IMG/VR virus record: IMGVR_UViG_3300028485_000003
Coordinates: 2,247-66,246 of that record
Origin: a virus
Taxonomy: Duplodnaviria > Caudoviricetes
Reading direction: 5' to 3' (one strand)
Length of the DNA stretch: 64,000 nucleotides
In this document: in pieces, positions 43,293-52,406 of the stretch
Layout: every line of letters begins with the position of its first letter
How positions within the stretch are numbered: position 1 is the stretch's first letter
Notes under the pieces: model-generated
Database searches by the model: none
Told to the model about the DNA's origin: nothing
What the model saw: the letters and a program-made list of their open reading frames with translations, nothing else
Program-made: the position numbers and the translations under genes

Positions 43293-44030
43293 TCAGGGCT
43301 GGATGTCGGCGACCAGGACGGTCGCGTTGTCGGCGTGCGGGTCGACGACGGCGCGGGCGGTGGCGACGGCCGTGTCGACGAAGTGGCGGGCGGCCTCACC
43401 CGGCATGCCGATCACCTGGTCGGCGAGGTGGTGGCCGACGTCCTCGTGGGGCTCGTAGGCGCCGTCGGAGGCGAGGAGCAGCCGGAACTCGTCCGCGCGG
43501 TAGACGGCGGTCTCGATGGCGGGGTGCCCGTACTGGTTGCGGTTCTCCTCGTCGGTTTCGACCGCACCGAGGCAGGAGGTGATGATGTTGCGGTTGCCGC
43601 CGGGGCTGCCGTTGCGGGGCGGGAAGAGGCGGCGGAGGTTGTGGTCGTTGGTGAGCGGGTCGACGCTGCTGCCGCGGATGGCGTAGGCGCGGGCGTCACC
43701 GCACCAGGCGACGGTGAGGGGCCGGCCGGGGGCGGTGACGGCGACGACCGCGCACGCCTTGGCGCCGATGCCCCAGGGGCCGTGCCGGTCCGGGTCGGCC
43801 GCGTAGCGGTTGTACACGGCGCGCAGGCCGGCCTCGGCGTCACCGCGGCGGGCGGCTGCGCGGGCGACCTGGCGGGCGGCGTTGCGGGTCCAGTCGCGGA
43901 CTTCATCGGTGGAGCCGATGCCGTCGAGGAGGACGTAGGCGCGGGCCCCGGACGGGGCGGTCGAGACGGCGGTGGCGTCGCACTGGTGGGTGCGGTCGCC
44001 GATGAGCTGGGCGGTGGCGTAGGTACGCAT
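43293..44030 (-). CDS. PP2C/PPM-family Ser/Thr protein phosphatase
   Basis: QCD, LLDGIG, AWCGDARAY, LTNDH, LLASDG, DNATV. Confidence 0.85.
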   Translation of the reverse strand: MRTYATAQLIGDRTHQCDATAVSTAPSGARAYVLLDGIGSTDEVRDWTRNAARQVARAAARRGDAEAGLRAVYNRYAADPDRHGPWGIGAKACAVVAVTAPGRPLTVAWCGDARAYAIRGSSVDPLTNDHNLRRLFPPRNGSPGGNRNIITSCLGAVETDEENRNQYGHPAIETAVYRADEFRLLLASDGAYEPHEDVGHHLADQVIGMPGEAARHFVDTAVATARAVVDPHADNATVLVADIQP

Positions 44031-44069
44031 GAAGGGGTCCCCCGGTTTCGGACGTGCGGTGGTGGGTGG

Positions 44070-44411
44070 TCAGGCGGCGGGCCGGTAAGGGCCCATGGTG
44101 CGCAGCGTCGTGTTGTGCGGCCGGTCCTCCAGCTCGACCGGCAGGTCCGACCACACGAGGTGCGTCGTGCCGAGGTCGAGGGCGGCGGCGACGCGGTGGT
44201 GGCCATCGACGAGCCACGGCTGGCCTTCGACCGTGCGGATCATGATGGGGAGGGCCATGCCGTCCCGGCGGATCTCCTCCAGCAGGACGGCGTAGTGCTC
44301 CGACGCCCGCTTGTGGGGCAGGACGTCGCGGACGTACAGGCAGTCGGGGGTGTCGTCGTCGTCCGGGGTGAGCATGTCGAGGACAGTCTCGATGGCGATG
44401 TATCCGAGCAT
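44070..44411 (-). CDS. Stand-alone ParB/sulfiredoxin-like domain protein
   Basis: IRRDGMALPIMI...LVDGHHRVAAA. Confidence 0.75.
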   Translation of the reverse strand: MLGYIAIETVLDMLTPDDDDTPDCLYVRDVLPHKRASEHYAVLLEEIRRDGMALPIMIRTVEGQPWLVDGHHRVAAALDLGTTHLVWSDLPVELEDRPHNTTLRTMGPYRPAA

Positions 44412-44449
44412 GACGGGTTCCTAGGCGGTGAGGGTGGGGCGGTAACGCA

Positions 44450-44477
44450 CCGCGCCCGGCTGGGGGACCGGGCGCGG
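44450..44477. terminator. Stem-loop
   Basis: CCGCGCCCGG...CCGGGCGCGG. Confidence 0.5.
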
Positions 44478-44490
44478 CGCAGGGGCCGTG

Positions 44491-44955
44491 TCAGGACGCG
44501 ATGGCCTGCATGAGGGGCAGCTCGTCGCGGTTGCCGTACTTGGCGAGGTCGTCGCACCAGCCGGTGATCGCGGTGGCGGGGCCGACGCCGGGGATGTCGA
44601 CGGTGACGGTGATCTCCTCCTCGGTCCAGCTGGTGCCGTCGCTGCTGGTGCGCTCGACCTGTGCGGTGGTGACGATGCCGCCGACCCGCTTGTACAGGTC
44701 GTTCAGCTCCAGCTGCGACCACATGGAGATACGGGTCTCGGTCTCGCCGATGTAGTGGTCCGGCCGCCAGTTGGGCAGGCCCAGCGCGGTGCGGACGCGG
44801 GCGACGAGGGCCTCGTCGAAGACGGGCTCGGGGGCGGGCGCCGGCTCGGGGATGTCGTGGGCGTCGTTGAGGTCGCGGACGACGGCCGCGGGGATGGGGG
44901 CGAGGACGACGGCGGTACCGGCGACGGTGATGGCGGCGAGGTCGATGGTGGTCAA
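44491..44955 (-). CDS. Hypothetical protein
   Basis: 154-aa ORF with GGGAG SD. Confidence 0.6.
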   Translation of the reverse strand: MTTIDLAAITVAGTAVVLAPIPAAVVRDLNDAHDIPEPAPAPEPVFDEALVARVRTALGLPNWRPDHYIGETETRISMWSQLELNDLYKRVGGIVTTAQVERTSSDGTSWTEEEITVTVDIPGVGPATAITGWCDDLAKYGNRDELPLMQAIAS

Positions 44956-45012
44956 GGCGGGCTCCCTACAGGTCTGGCTGGTGGTGGTCGTCTGGTGCGC
45001 CGTGAAGTTGGT

Positions 45013-45810
45013 TCAGGCGGCCTCCGAGTACGAGGCGCGGAGGAGGTGGCGGGTGCCCTTGTAGGAGCGGAGGCCGGCGTAGAGGGCTTCGTCGAGCGGG
45101 AAGTACACGTGGACGTGGATCCACTTGCCGGTGGTGCGGTGCTGGGCCCAGACCTTGAGGGGGTCGCCGCCGTGCTGGGCGCGGTAGGCCTTCTTGACGT
45201 GGCGGCCGTACCAGGACTGCTGTCCGTCGGGGAGGTCGCTGCCGCCGATGCGGTTGAGGAAGTCGCCGGTGCGGACGAGCCGGCCGGTCGCGACGTGGGA
45301 GGCGATGATGCCGGAGAGGGTGCGGTAGCCGAGGGCGTGGCTGGTGCGGGCGGCGGTGCGGAGGGTGTTGCGGCGGGTGCGGGTGGCGGCGCGGCGCAGG
45401 CCACCTGCACCCTGCGGCGCCATCGCCGGGGAGGCGACCTTCGCGTCGTCGGTGTCCTCGGCGAGTTCGGCTAGGACAATCCAGGCGACAGTCTCGCCGT
45501 AGAGGCGGCGGCTACCGGACTCGCGGCACATGCGGTCGATGCTGATGTTGGTGGCGCCGGGGGTGTTGCGGGCGGTGTTGAGGGCGTAGGCGCGGGCCTC
45601 GTCCTCGGTGTCGAAGTCGGGGGTGGTGATGTTGACGGTGGGGTCGATGCCGAGGGCGTCCTGGCGGGTGATGCGGGCGTTGTACTTGCCGATGCGCTCG
45701 TGGTCGGCGAGTTCGTTCTCGGGGGTGTTGGCGTGCGGGTCGGGCTTGATGAAGTCCTCCATCCGGAAGCCCTTGTTGTTGGCCCACATGTTCTTGCGGG
45801 TGTTCTGCAT
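45013..45810 (-). CDS. Hypothetical protein
   Basis: MQNTRKNMW...; AAGGGG SD; divergent from small regulators. Confidence 0.65.
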   Translation of the reverse strand: MQNTRKNMWANNKGFRMEDFIKPDPHANTPENELADHERIGKYNARITRQDALGIDPTVNITTPDFDTEDEARAYALNTARNTPGATNISIDRMCRESGSRRLYGETVAWIVLAELAEDTDDAKVASPAMAPQGAGGLRRAATRTRRNTLRTAARTSHALGYRTLSGIIASHVATGRLVRTGDFLNRIGGSDLPDGQQSWYGRHVKKAYRAQHGGDPLKVWAQHRTTGKWIHVHVYFPLDEALYAGLRSYKGTRHLLRASYSEAA

Positions 45811-45854
45811 TGCTGCCCCCTTGGTGCGGTTCCCTCTGGCGATGACTCCAGTAT

Positions 45855-45912
45855 GTAGGCCTACGCATTGCCCTGTCAATAGGCCTACACGTATCTCTTA
45901 CGGTAGGGCTAC
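45855..45912. promoter_or_regulatory. Triple operator-like repeat
   Basis: Palindrome GTAGGCCTAC (45855), ATAGGCCTAC (45879), GTAGGGCTAC (45903), spaced 24 bp. Confidence 0.65.
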
Positions 45913-45933
45913 GCATCGTGCCAAGATGGGGGC

Positions 45934-46209
45934 ATGCCAAAGGACTACGCGCCGCCCCGAGACGCCGCCGACACGTTCGCCCGCTACAAGGCCCACTACG
46001 AAGGCGAGCGCGCACTCAAGCCCGACATGCTGGAGTTCGCCGACCGCGAGCTGAAGGCCGGCGCCACCGTCGGCCAGCTCGCCGCGTGGACCGGGCTCAC
46101 ACCCGAGGTGTTCCGCCGCCGCGCCCGCGCGCTGGGGGTCGAACGGAAGAGGCCACCGACCGTGGGCAAGCTCGCGCGCCCGGCGAGCAGCGAGGAGACG
46201 ACCACATGA
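45934..46209 (+). CDS. Small HTH-like protein
   Basis: GATVGQLAAWTGLTPEVFRRRAR. Confidence 0.65.
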   Translation: MPKDYAPPRDAADTFARYKAHYEGERALKPDMLEFADRELKAGATVGQLAAWTGLTPEVFRRRARALGVERKRPPTVGKLARPASSEETTT

Positions 46210-46532
46210 GCGAGCGCCCTCGGCGCGCCAACGAACTCGGCCCCACCGGCATACGGCTCGCCGGAAACGTCCGCCGGATCAGGGCTTCACGCCCAATGAC
46301 CACAGAGCAACTCGCGGAGCGCGTAACGACGCTTGGGCGTCCGATGTACGCGAACACGATCACGAAGATCGAGAAGCGGCAACGCCGAGTCGACGTCGAC
46401 GACCTGACCGCCCTAGCAGCCGCCCTGCAGGTGACCGTGCAGCGGCTCCTCGACCCGCCATCAGACTGCCCGACCTGCCACGGCGCGCCGCCGCCTGGTT
46501 TCATCTGCGCCGCCTGCTCAACCACGGCATGA
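46206..46532 (+). CDS. XRE HTH regulator with C-terminal CxxC/CxxC
   Basis: TTEQLAERV...TITKIEKRQRRVDVDDL; CPTC...CAAC. Confidence 0.8.
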   Translation: MSERPRRANELGPTGIRLAGNVRRIRASRPMTTEQLAERVTTLGRPMYANTITKIEKRQRRVDVDDLTALAAALQVTVQRLLDPPSDCPTCHGAPPPGFICAACSTTA

Positions 46533-46533
46533 C

Positions 46534-46567
46534 GAAGGCCCCGCCCGGAATCCGGTGCGGGGCCTTC
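46534..46567. terminator. Bidirectional terminator-like stem-loop
   Basis: GAAGGCCCCGC...GCGGGGCCTTC between convergent genes. Confidence 0.65.
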
Positions 46568-46580
46568 GCGACGACAGCGC

Positions 46581-46988
46581 CTAGCCGAGATTCTCCGCCA
46601 TCTTCAGCTTGTCGAACCGTCCGTCCTCGTCCGTCCACCCCAACCCGTTGATCGCCTTGGCCATGAGCAGCACGGTGTAGTCGTCCTCCGACAGTGACTC
46701 GCACGCCTCCGGCCGGCCCTTCCCGCCCTCCTCGGTCTTCCTGTCCAACGTGTCGGACGCTTCCCGGGCCACGCCCTGATACCCGGTGCGGACCATGTCC
46801 GCGAGGGTCTTGTCGAGCGCGTCGACCCGCTCCTCCGCTTCGCTGATGGTCGGCGTGTCGGCGGGGTTGCTGCTGGTCTGTTCGGTGAGTGCGGCTGTGC
46901 AGGCCTTGGCGTTCTCGTCGGATTGCGAGCAGCCGACTGCTCCGGCGGCGAGTAGGGCGGCGGCGGCCAGGATGGTAGTACGGCGCAT
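46581..46988 (-). CDS. Lipoprotein
   Basis: MRRTTILAAAALLAAGAVG-C signal peptide II with lipobox. Confidence 0.8.
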   Translation of the reverse strand: MRRTTILAAAALLAAGAVGCSQSDENAKACTAALTEQTSSNPADTPTISEAEERVDALDKTLADMVRTGYQGVAREASDTLDRKTEEGGKGRPEACESLSEDDYTVLLMAKAINGLGWTDEDGRFDKLKMAENLG

Positions 46989-47111
46989 GGTTTCCCCCCA
47001 GGCGTGTGGTGTGGTGGGCGGGATCGTATCGGTGGGCGCCGACAGGGCGGGCCGGAACGGCGAAGGCCCCACTGTCCCGAGGGAACAGCGGGGCCTCCCG
47101 GGGACCGTCGG

Positions 47112-47582
47112 TCAGCTGTGGCCCTTCTGCTCCTCGGCACCCACCCACGTGTTCACGGCGTGCTGTGCCGTCTCGGCGCCGGTCCACAGCGGGCCCTCGG
47201 CGGTTGGCGCCGGGCGGCCGGCGAGCAGCTCCCGCACGACGATGACGACCACGGCGGGATCGGCCCACCGCGGCAACGAGGCCAGGAACGCCGGCTCGTT
47301 CAGCAGTTGGCCGTGGTCCTTCTGCGGCGCCCACTGCCACTGCTCGGCCGGGTGGTCCCACATCAGTGCGATGCCGTGGCGGTGGGTGCTGGTGTCGACG
47401 GCCGGGTGTTCGTCGTCCCAGGTGAGTACGGCGTTCAGCATGCAGGCGGCGCCGGACAAGCTGTCGTCGCGGTAGCGGTCCAGTTCGCCGTCGTCGGTCC
47501 AGGCCTCGGTGGGTGCGAGGTCGGCGGCGGTGAGCGCGTCGGTGACCTGGGTGATGTACAGGTCGTGCGGGAGGGTACTCAT
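47112..47582 (-). CDS. Hypothetical protein
   Basis: 156-aa ORF with several W-containing motifs. Confidence 0.6.
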   Translation of the reverse strand: MSTLPHDLYITQVTDALTAADLAPTEAWTDDGELDRYRDDSLSGAACMLNAVLTWDDEHPAVDTSTHRHGIALMWDHPAEQWQWAPQKDHGQLLNEPAFLASLPRWADPAVVVIVVRELLAGRPAPTAEGPLWTGAETAQHAVNTWVGAEEQKGHS

Positions 47583-47583
47583 G

Positions 47584-47721
47584 TCAGCCCTTCTTCGGCT
47601 TGCCGGGGGTGGCCTTCTTCGCGGGCTTCAGCCAGCCGCCGCGCGACGCCTTGTAGGTCGTCTCGTGCCCGTCGAGGCGGGGGTCGTCGGCGGGGATGGG
47701 GCGCTTGAATCCGAGTGCCAT
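47584..47721 (-). CDS. Small basic protein (45 aa)
   Basis: Own translation MALGFKRPIPADDPRLDGH...; AGGA SD. Confidence 0.45.
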   Translation of the reverse strand: MALGFKRPIPADDPRLDGHETTYKASRGGWLKPAKKATPGKPKKG

Positions 47722-47803
47722 GATGGCGGTCCTGTCCTGTGGTTGGGATGGGAACCGGGGCGGCCGGTAGCTGGCAGGCGCGGGCCGCCCCGGGGCTTTG
47801 TGG

Positions 47804-48052
47804 TCAGCGGCCCCAGCAGTTCGCCAGGACCGCGAAGATCAGAAACGCGACGAACAGAAAGCTCCCCGACGGCAGGCACCCGTCGCCGCGGGCCGCATCG
47901 TGAACCCGCCGGACCTCGTCCCCCGCCGCCGGCGCCAGCCCTCCGTGCGCGGCACGCCGGTGCTCGACGAGGTCGTCCTCGGCGTCCGCGCTGCGGTCGC
48001 GCCGCTCCGGGGAGACGGCTTCGCACTGGCGGCACCGGTACTCGTAGGGCAT
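47804..48052 (-). CDS. Zinc-ribbon protein with C-terminal membrane segment
   Basis: YEYRCRQC...; FLFVAFLIFAVLA. Confidence 0.6.
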   Translation of the reverse strand: MPYEYRCRQCEAVSPERRDRSADAEDDLVEHRRAAHGGLAPAAGDEVRRVHDAARGDGCLPSGSFLFVAFLIFAVLANCWGR

Positions 48053-48074
48053 GGCGGGGGTCCTTCCGGGCGGG

Positions 48075-48716
48075 TCAGTCTGCGGGTGTAGGAGGCGTAG
48101 CTACGCCCGTAGCGGCCTCGTAGAAACAGCTGGTCAGGGGCGTAGCGGATCCGTAGCTACGGGATTCGGAGGGGCCCGCGGGCGGGATCGGGGAGCGGGC
48201 CTGCTCCCAGGCCTCCAGGTCGTCGCGGTGCACCCCCTGGTTGACCTTCCCATCGGCGCCGCGGACGGATGCTCGCCAGGGGATGCCGCGGCGGGCGAGT
48301 CCGGCCTTCACGTCGGCCGCCGAGGAGTCCTCTTCCCAGCCGTTCTCATGGAGCCAGGTGACGACGCGCTTCACGTGTACGCCGGGGGCGTCGCCGATGA
48401 GGTCCCACAGGATCTCCGGGAGCGGGTCGTATGGGATCTCGGCGGAGGGCTCCTCCTCCCCTGCCTTCTCGGTCTGCTGCTCTTCGGCCGGGGCTGGGGC
48501 GTGCATCCACGAGGCCGCACACCAGAGGGCGAGGAGCCAGCCGAACGCGGTCCGGTACCGGAGGATGGCGAACACGACGACGACGGCACCGGCAAGAACC
48601 GTCTTCCACCCGAACCGGCCGACCAGGCGCAGCAGCAGCACGCGGGAGCCCGCGCCGAGCGGGCCGAGGATGACCAGCGCGGCGCGGACCTTGTCGGCGA
48701 CATGGCGGATGACCAT
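48075..48716 (-). CDS. Membrane protein with soluble C-terminal domain
   Basis: Two hydrophobic helices, then a charged domain. Confidence 0.6.
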   Translation of the reverse strand: MVIRHVADKVRAALVILGPLGAGSRVLLLRLVGRFGWKTVLAGAVVVVFAILRYRTAFGWLLALWCAASWMHAPAPAEEQQTEKAGEEEPSAEIPYDPLPEILWDLIGDAPGVHVKRVVTWLHENGWEEDSSAADVKAGLARRGIPWRASVRGADGKVNQGVHRDDLEAWEQARSPIPPAGPSESRSYGSATPLTSCFYEAATGVATPPTPAD

Positions 48717-49120
48717 CAGGCCACCTGCTGCCCGAGGTTCGCGATCGCCTCGGACAGCGTGCCCCACAGGCCGCCCGCGCCGGACGCGGCGTACCAGAAC
48801 ACGATGCCCAACAGCGCGACCTGCTTGGTGTCGAGCTTTTTGAACAGGATGACGATCGCCAAGGTCAGGGCCACTGCGGGCATGGTCACGCCGGGGACGA
48901 TGCCCTGGGCGACGTCGAGGCCGGCCCCGACGAGGTCGGGGATGAGCTTGAAGACGCCTCCGGCGGCCGCGTAGGCGGACCCGGCGAGCATGCCGAGGAT
49001 GAGGCAGGGCCACCAGCCGAGGGGCTTGACCTTGCCGCCGCCCTTGATGCCGACGAGGAGCAGCACGGTGAGGGCGACGGCCAGGCCGACGATGCCGAGG
49101 TTGCCGAACACGCTGTTCAC
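48716..49120 (-). CDS. Multi-pass membrane protein
   Basis: 134 aa, about four hydrophobic segments. Confidence 0.7.
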   Translation of the reverse strand: MNSVFGNLGIVGLAVALTVLLLVGIKGGGKVKPLGWWPCLILGMLAGSAYAAAGGVFKLIPDLVGAGLDVAQGIVPGVTMPAVALTLAIVILFKKLDTKQVALLGIVFWYAASGAGGLWGTLSEAIANLGQQVA

Positions 49121-49132
49121 GGCGGGGAGTCC

Positions 49133-49813
49133 TTACGGGGTGGGGGCGTACAGAAGTACGCCGGCGGTGATGGAGGAGACGGGGATCGTGGCGGCCCAGG
49201 CGACGGGCCAGAACCAGGTGCGGGTCCGGCGGTGGAGGGTGATGGCGCCGATACCGAGGCCGTAGCAGACCCAGGCGGAGGGGGCGGTCCAGTTGCCTGC
49301 GGCGAACCAGGCGGCGGTGTTGCTGCCCCAGCCGACGAGGCCGATGGGCCATCCGGCGGCTGCGGCGGTCGCGTGGTGGATGAGCCAGCGGGTGCGAGGT
49401 CGGATGCTGTCCCAGGCATCGAGGAGGGACTGGGGCGGGGCGTGCCGCCGTGCCGCTGGGCGTGCCGGAGGCTGTGCCGGAGGCGTGTCGGGCTTGGCGG
49501 TCGGCACCGTGACGGCGGGTGGAGTGCTGGTCGGGGGCGTGACGGGGGGTGTGACGGGCGCGGCGGCTGCCGCCGGGTCGGGGGTTTGCTCGGTGAGGTC
49601 TTCGGGCTTGTCCCGCCACCAGTCCGGGAGCCGCGGTGAGGGCCGGCGGGGCGGGGCGGGCTCGTCGGCGTACAGCTCGTCCCACCACGAGTCGTCCTTG
49701 GCGGTCGGCTGCCGGGCGGGCGCCGGGGCGGGCGCGGGCGCGGCGTCGGGGCCGACGCCCATGGTGACGAGGAGGCTGCGGATGCGCCGCTCGTCGGCGC
49801 CTTGGCTGGTCAT
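49133..49813 (-). CDS. Pro-rich protein with C-terminal membrane segments
   Basis: MTSQGADERRIR...WWDELY...LPDWWR...; hydrophobic C-terminus. Confidence 0.6.
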   Translation of the reverse strand: MTSQGADERRIRSLLVTMGVGPDAAPAPAPAPARQPTAKDDSWWDELYADEPAPPRRPSPRLPDWWRDKPEDLTEQTPDPAAAAAPVTPPVTPPTSTPPAVTVPTAKPDTPPAQPPARPAARRHAPPQSLLDAWDSIRPRTRWLIHHATAAAAGWPIGLVGWGSNTAAWFAAGNWTAPSAWVCYGLGIGAITLHRRTRTWFWPVAWAATIPVSSITAGVLLYAPTP

Positions 49814-49982
49814 GCGACGGTCCTCACGGGGTGGTTGGGGCAGGTCGGGGTCTGCTCGCCGGGTCTGCAGGAGTGCTGCTCGCCGGGTCACTCGCCGTCC
49901 CTGGGCCGACTGCTTCCGGCAGTCGCAGCGAGGGCCAGAACCGGGGGTGCTGGCGCTCACTGGTGGTGCCGGATGCCGGGTC

Positions 49983-51092
49983 TCATTCGCCCGCGGGCGC
50001 GGTCTCTTCCTTCGTCAGCAGGGCGGCCCAGACGCGGCGGACGCGCTCCTCGCTGCCGACGAACCCGCGGGTGCGGAAGTCGTCACGGGCTTGCCGGTAA
50101 GAGCGGGGCGGGTCGTCGGTGTAGCGCAGGTGCCGCAGGACGACGTCCAGCTGTGCGTCGGTGAGGGGCTCGCCCGGCACGGGGGTCGGCACGCCCGCGA
50201 CGGTGGCGAGGTCGGCGAGCGTGACGGGGTGTGCCGGGGGCGTGTCGGCCGTGCCGGTGGCCCGGGCGCCAGGGGTGGTGGCCTGCGTGCCGGTGTCCGT
50301 GACGGGCGTCGGGGCGGCCGTGTCGAGGGCGGGCTTGCCGGTGTGGGCGGGGCTGTTGCCGGGGCGGTCCGTGCCGGTGGGGAGGGCGGGTGTGCCGGGG
50401 GCCGTGACGGTCAGGGTGAGGGACCGTGCCGCGAACGCGGACGCCTTCGTGCCGTGCTTCTTGTCGGCCTCCTCCAGACGCTTCTCCGCCTTGGCGCGGG
50501 CCTTGCTGATTCGGGCCTCCGCCTTCGTCAGGGTCTCGGCGCGGGCGATATGCCGCTGCATCTCGCCGAGGTGGCCGGCGGTCTCCGTCACGACGTCGGT
50601 GACCGCGGTGGTGCGGAGGTGGCGGGCGTCGGCGCGGGCGAGGGCGCGGGCGCGGCGGTCGGCGGCGTCCTGGGCGGCGATGGTGGTGGCGGTGTCGGTG
50701 TCGGCGAGGACGTGGGCGGCGAAGATCCGCAGGCTCATGAAGAGGGCGGCGGCGAGGGGCACGAACGCGAACACCTTGGCGTGCCCGAGGACGAGGAGCG
50801 TGCCGGTGGAGACGCCGACTGCGACTCCGGACAGGCCGAGCATCACGGCCATGCCAACCCGGGACCGCTGCCGGATCGCAGCCTCCGACATGCGGAGCGC
50901 GCCGATCCACAGGGCGTCGTAGACGAGGGCGATGGACCATCCGGCGACCTGGCCGAGGCTGCCGGTCAGGCCGAGGAGGGGGCCGAGCTGGGAACCGACG
51001 GTGACGGCGACGAGGGTGAGGGCGGCGAGGGTGAGGAGGGTTTCGACGATGGCGAACACGTCGAGGCGGCGGATGCGGGCGAAGTGCTTCAC
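49983..51092 (-). CDS. Membrane protein with coiled coil and C-terminal HTH-like region (Spd-like architecture)
   Basis: Four N-terminal hydrophobic segments, coiled coil, Thr/Pro linker, RSYRQARDDFR...SEERVRRVW. Confidence 0.65.
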   Translation of the reverse strand: MKHFARIRRLDVFAIVETLLTLAALTLVAVTVGSQLGPLLGLTGSLGQVAGWSIALVYDALWIGALRMSEAAIRQRSRVGMAVMLGLSGVAVGVSTGTLLVLGHAKVFAFVPLAAALFMSLRIFAAHVLADTDTATTIAAQDAADRRARALARADARHLRTTAVTDVVTETAGHLGEMQRHIARAETLTKAEARISKARAKAEKRLEEADKKHGTKASAFAARSLTLTVTAPGTPALPTGTDRPGNSPAHTGKPALDTAAPTPVTDTGTQATTPGARATGTADTPPAHPVTLADLATVAGVPTPVPGEPLTDAQLDVVLRHLRYTDDPPRSYRQARDDFRTRGFVGSEERVRRVWAALLTKEETAPAGE

Positions 51093-51114
51093 GGTGGCGT
51101 CTCCGGGTGCGTGG

Positions 51115-51216
51115 TCAGTGGCGGGCGCGGCGGCGGATGCGGGCGGTGATGCTGGGGGCGATGCCGAGGACGATTCCGATGGCGCCGAGGGTGGCGATGG
51201 CGGCGAGGTACGGCAT
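51115..51216 (-). CDS. Small membrane peptide (33 aa)
   Basis: Own translation MPYLAAIATLGAIGIVLGIAPSITARIRRRARH; AGGAG SD. Confidence 0.45.
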   Translation of the reverse strand: MPYLAAIATLGAIGIVLGIAPSITARIRRRARH

Positions 51217-51282
51217 GTGGTGCTCCTGGGGTAGGCCGCGGCCCCGTGGGGGGATGGTCACGGGGCCGCGGCGGTCTGTGGG

Positions 51283-51477
51283 TTATCGGGCGGGGCGGTA
51301 CCAGCGGCGGCCGCGTTCCTGCTGGCGGTCGCGGTCCTCCCATGCCTGGCCTTCGCGGGCGGCGCGGCGGGCGCCGGTGGTCTTGGCGCGGCGGAACCGG
51401 CCGGCGTCGCCGGTGACGCTGGTGCCGGCGGCCGGGTAGTCGCGGGTGGACTGCTGGCGGCGGGAGAAGAGGGCCAT
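51283..51477 (-). CDS. Small basic protein
   Basis: 64 aa; TGATG coupling. Confidence 0.55.
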   Translation of the reverse strand: MALFSRRQQSTRDYPAAGTSVTGDAGRFRRAKTTGARRAAREGQAWEDRDRQQERGRRWYRPAR

Positions 51478-51683
51478 CAGCAGCCTCCGGCGAGGGTGCG
51501 GAGCCGGGCCGCGTACTCGGAGTGGGTGGCTCCGTCCGGGTGTGGGAGGAGGTTGGTCCAGTCGCCGGAGAGGCCGGCGCTGCGGGCCCAGCCGCGGATG
51601 TCGAAGACGTCTGCGGGTCGGTTGGGCTGCTGGTCGAGCCGGTCGGCGAGCGTGTGGAGCGCGACGCTGGCGGAGGTGGGCAT
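51477..51683 (-). CDS. Hypothetical protein
   Basis: MPTSASVAL...YAARLR; coupled. Confidence 0.5.
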   Translation of the reverse strand: MPTSASVALHTLADRLDQQPNRPADVFDIRGWARSAGLSGDWTNLLPHPDGATHSEYAARLRTLAGGC

Positions 51684-51793
51684 CAGATCCGTCCCTCCGG
51701 GTCCGGGGCGGTGCCCGGGTCGCACCAGGCGCCGCACTTGCTGCACACGTACTGGCTGCCGTCTTGGGTCATGGGCTGTCCGCAGCAGGTCAT
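51683..51793 (-). CDS. Micro zinc ribbon (36 aa)
   Basis: MTCCGQPM...YVCSKCG; coupled overlaps. Confidence 0.45.
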   Translation of the reverse strand: MTCCGQPMTQDGSQYVCSKCGAWCDPGTAPDPEGRI

Positions 51794-51927
51794 CGGCGGC
51801 CGTCCTGGGCGTGTCGGGCGGCCTCCGCAGCGGCAGCGGCAGCGCGGGCGGCCTCGATGCGCTGCCGGGTTTGCTCGGTGAGTGCGCGGGCGGCGGCGCC
51901 CTGATCGGCGGGGGTCTGGGTGCTCAT
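51790..51927 (-). CDS. Small helical protein (45 aa)
   Basis: MSTQTPADQGAAARAL...; coupled overlaps. Confidence 0.4.
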   Translation of the reverse strand: MSTQTPADQGAAARALTEQTRQRIEAARAAAAAAEAARHAQDGRR

Positions 51928-52217
51928 CCGGACACCGCCATCTCGCCGAGACGGTCCGCGTACTCGCCGACGGTGCCGGCCACCGGGAGGAGCATGGCGC
52001 GGGCGGCGGCCTGGACGAGGTCGTGGGAGGAGCGGGGGCGCACCGTGTCGAGGACGGCGTCCTGGGCGCGGCGGATGGCGTCGTCCAGGAGGTGCTCGTT
52101 CATGCAGTGCGTGGGGTGGGAGTGCTGGCGGAGGTGGTCGGCGGCGAGGGCGATGATGCGGTCAGCCGCGGCCTGCGGGGGGCTGGGCTGCTGGTCGGGC
52201 TGGTGGATACGATCCAC
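51924..52217 (-). CDS. Hypothetical protein
   Basis: VDRIHQ...GEYADRL; first gene of the leftward operon. Confidence 0.5.
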   Translation of the reverse strand: MDRIHQPDQQPSPPQAAADRIIALAADHLRQHSHPTHCMNEHLLDDAIRRAQDAVLDTVRPRSSHDLVQAAARAMLLPVAGTVGEYADRLGEMAVSG

Positions 52218-52327
52218 GGCAGGGCCTGCCTTTTCGTGATGGTTGAGGTGGGCCTGGCCCCGACCGGCAGGGTGAGAACTTCCGGTCGGGGCCGTACTTG
52301 TTGGTGGCGCGGGCTCACACCCGGCCA

Positions 52328-52361
52328 TGTAAGGTGACCTTACACCGTTGGGTCACCTTAC
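52328..52361. promoter_or_regulatory. Operator-like inverted repeat
   Basis: TGTAAGG-TGA-CCTTACA (52328-52344) plus partial copy GGTCACCTTAC (52351-52361). Confidence 0.6.
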
Positions 52362-52406
52362 GCACCCCGGAGTGAGGCAGCCCGCCTGAATCAGGAAGGT
52401 GCGGGC

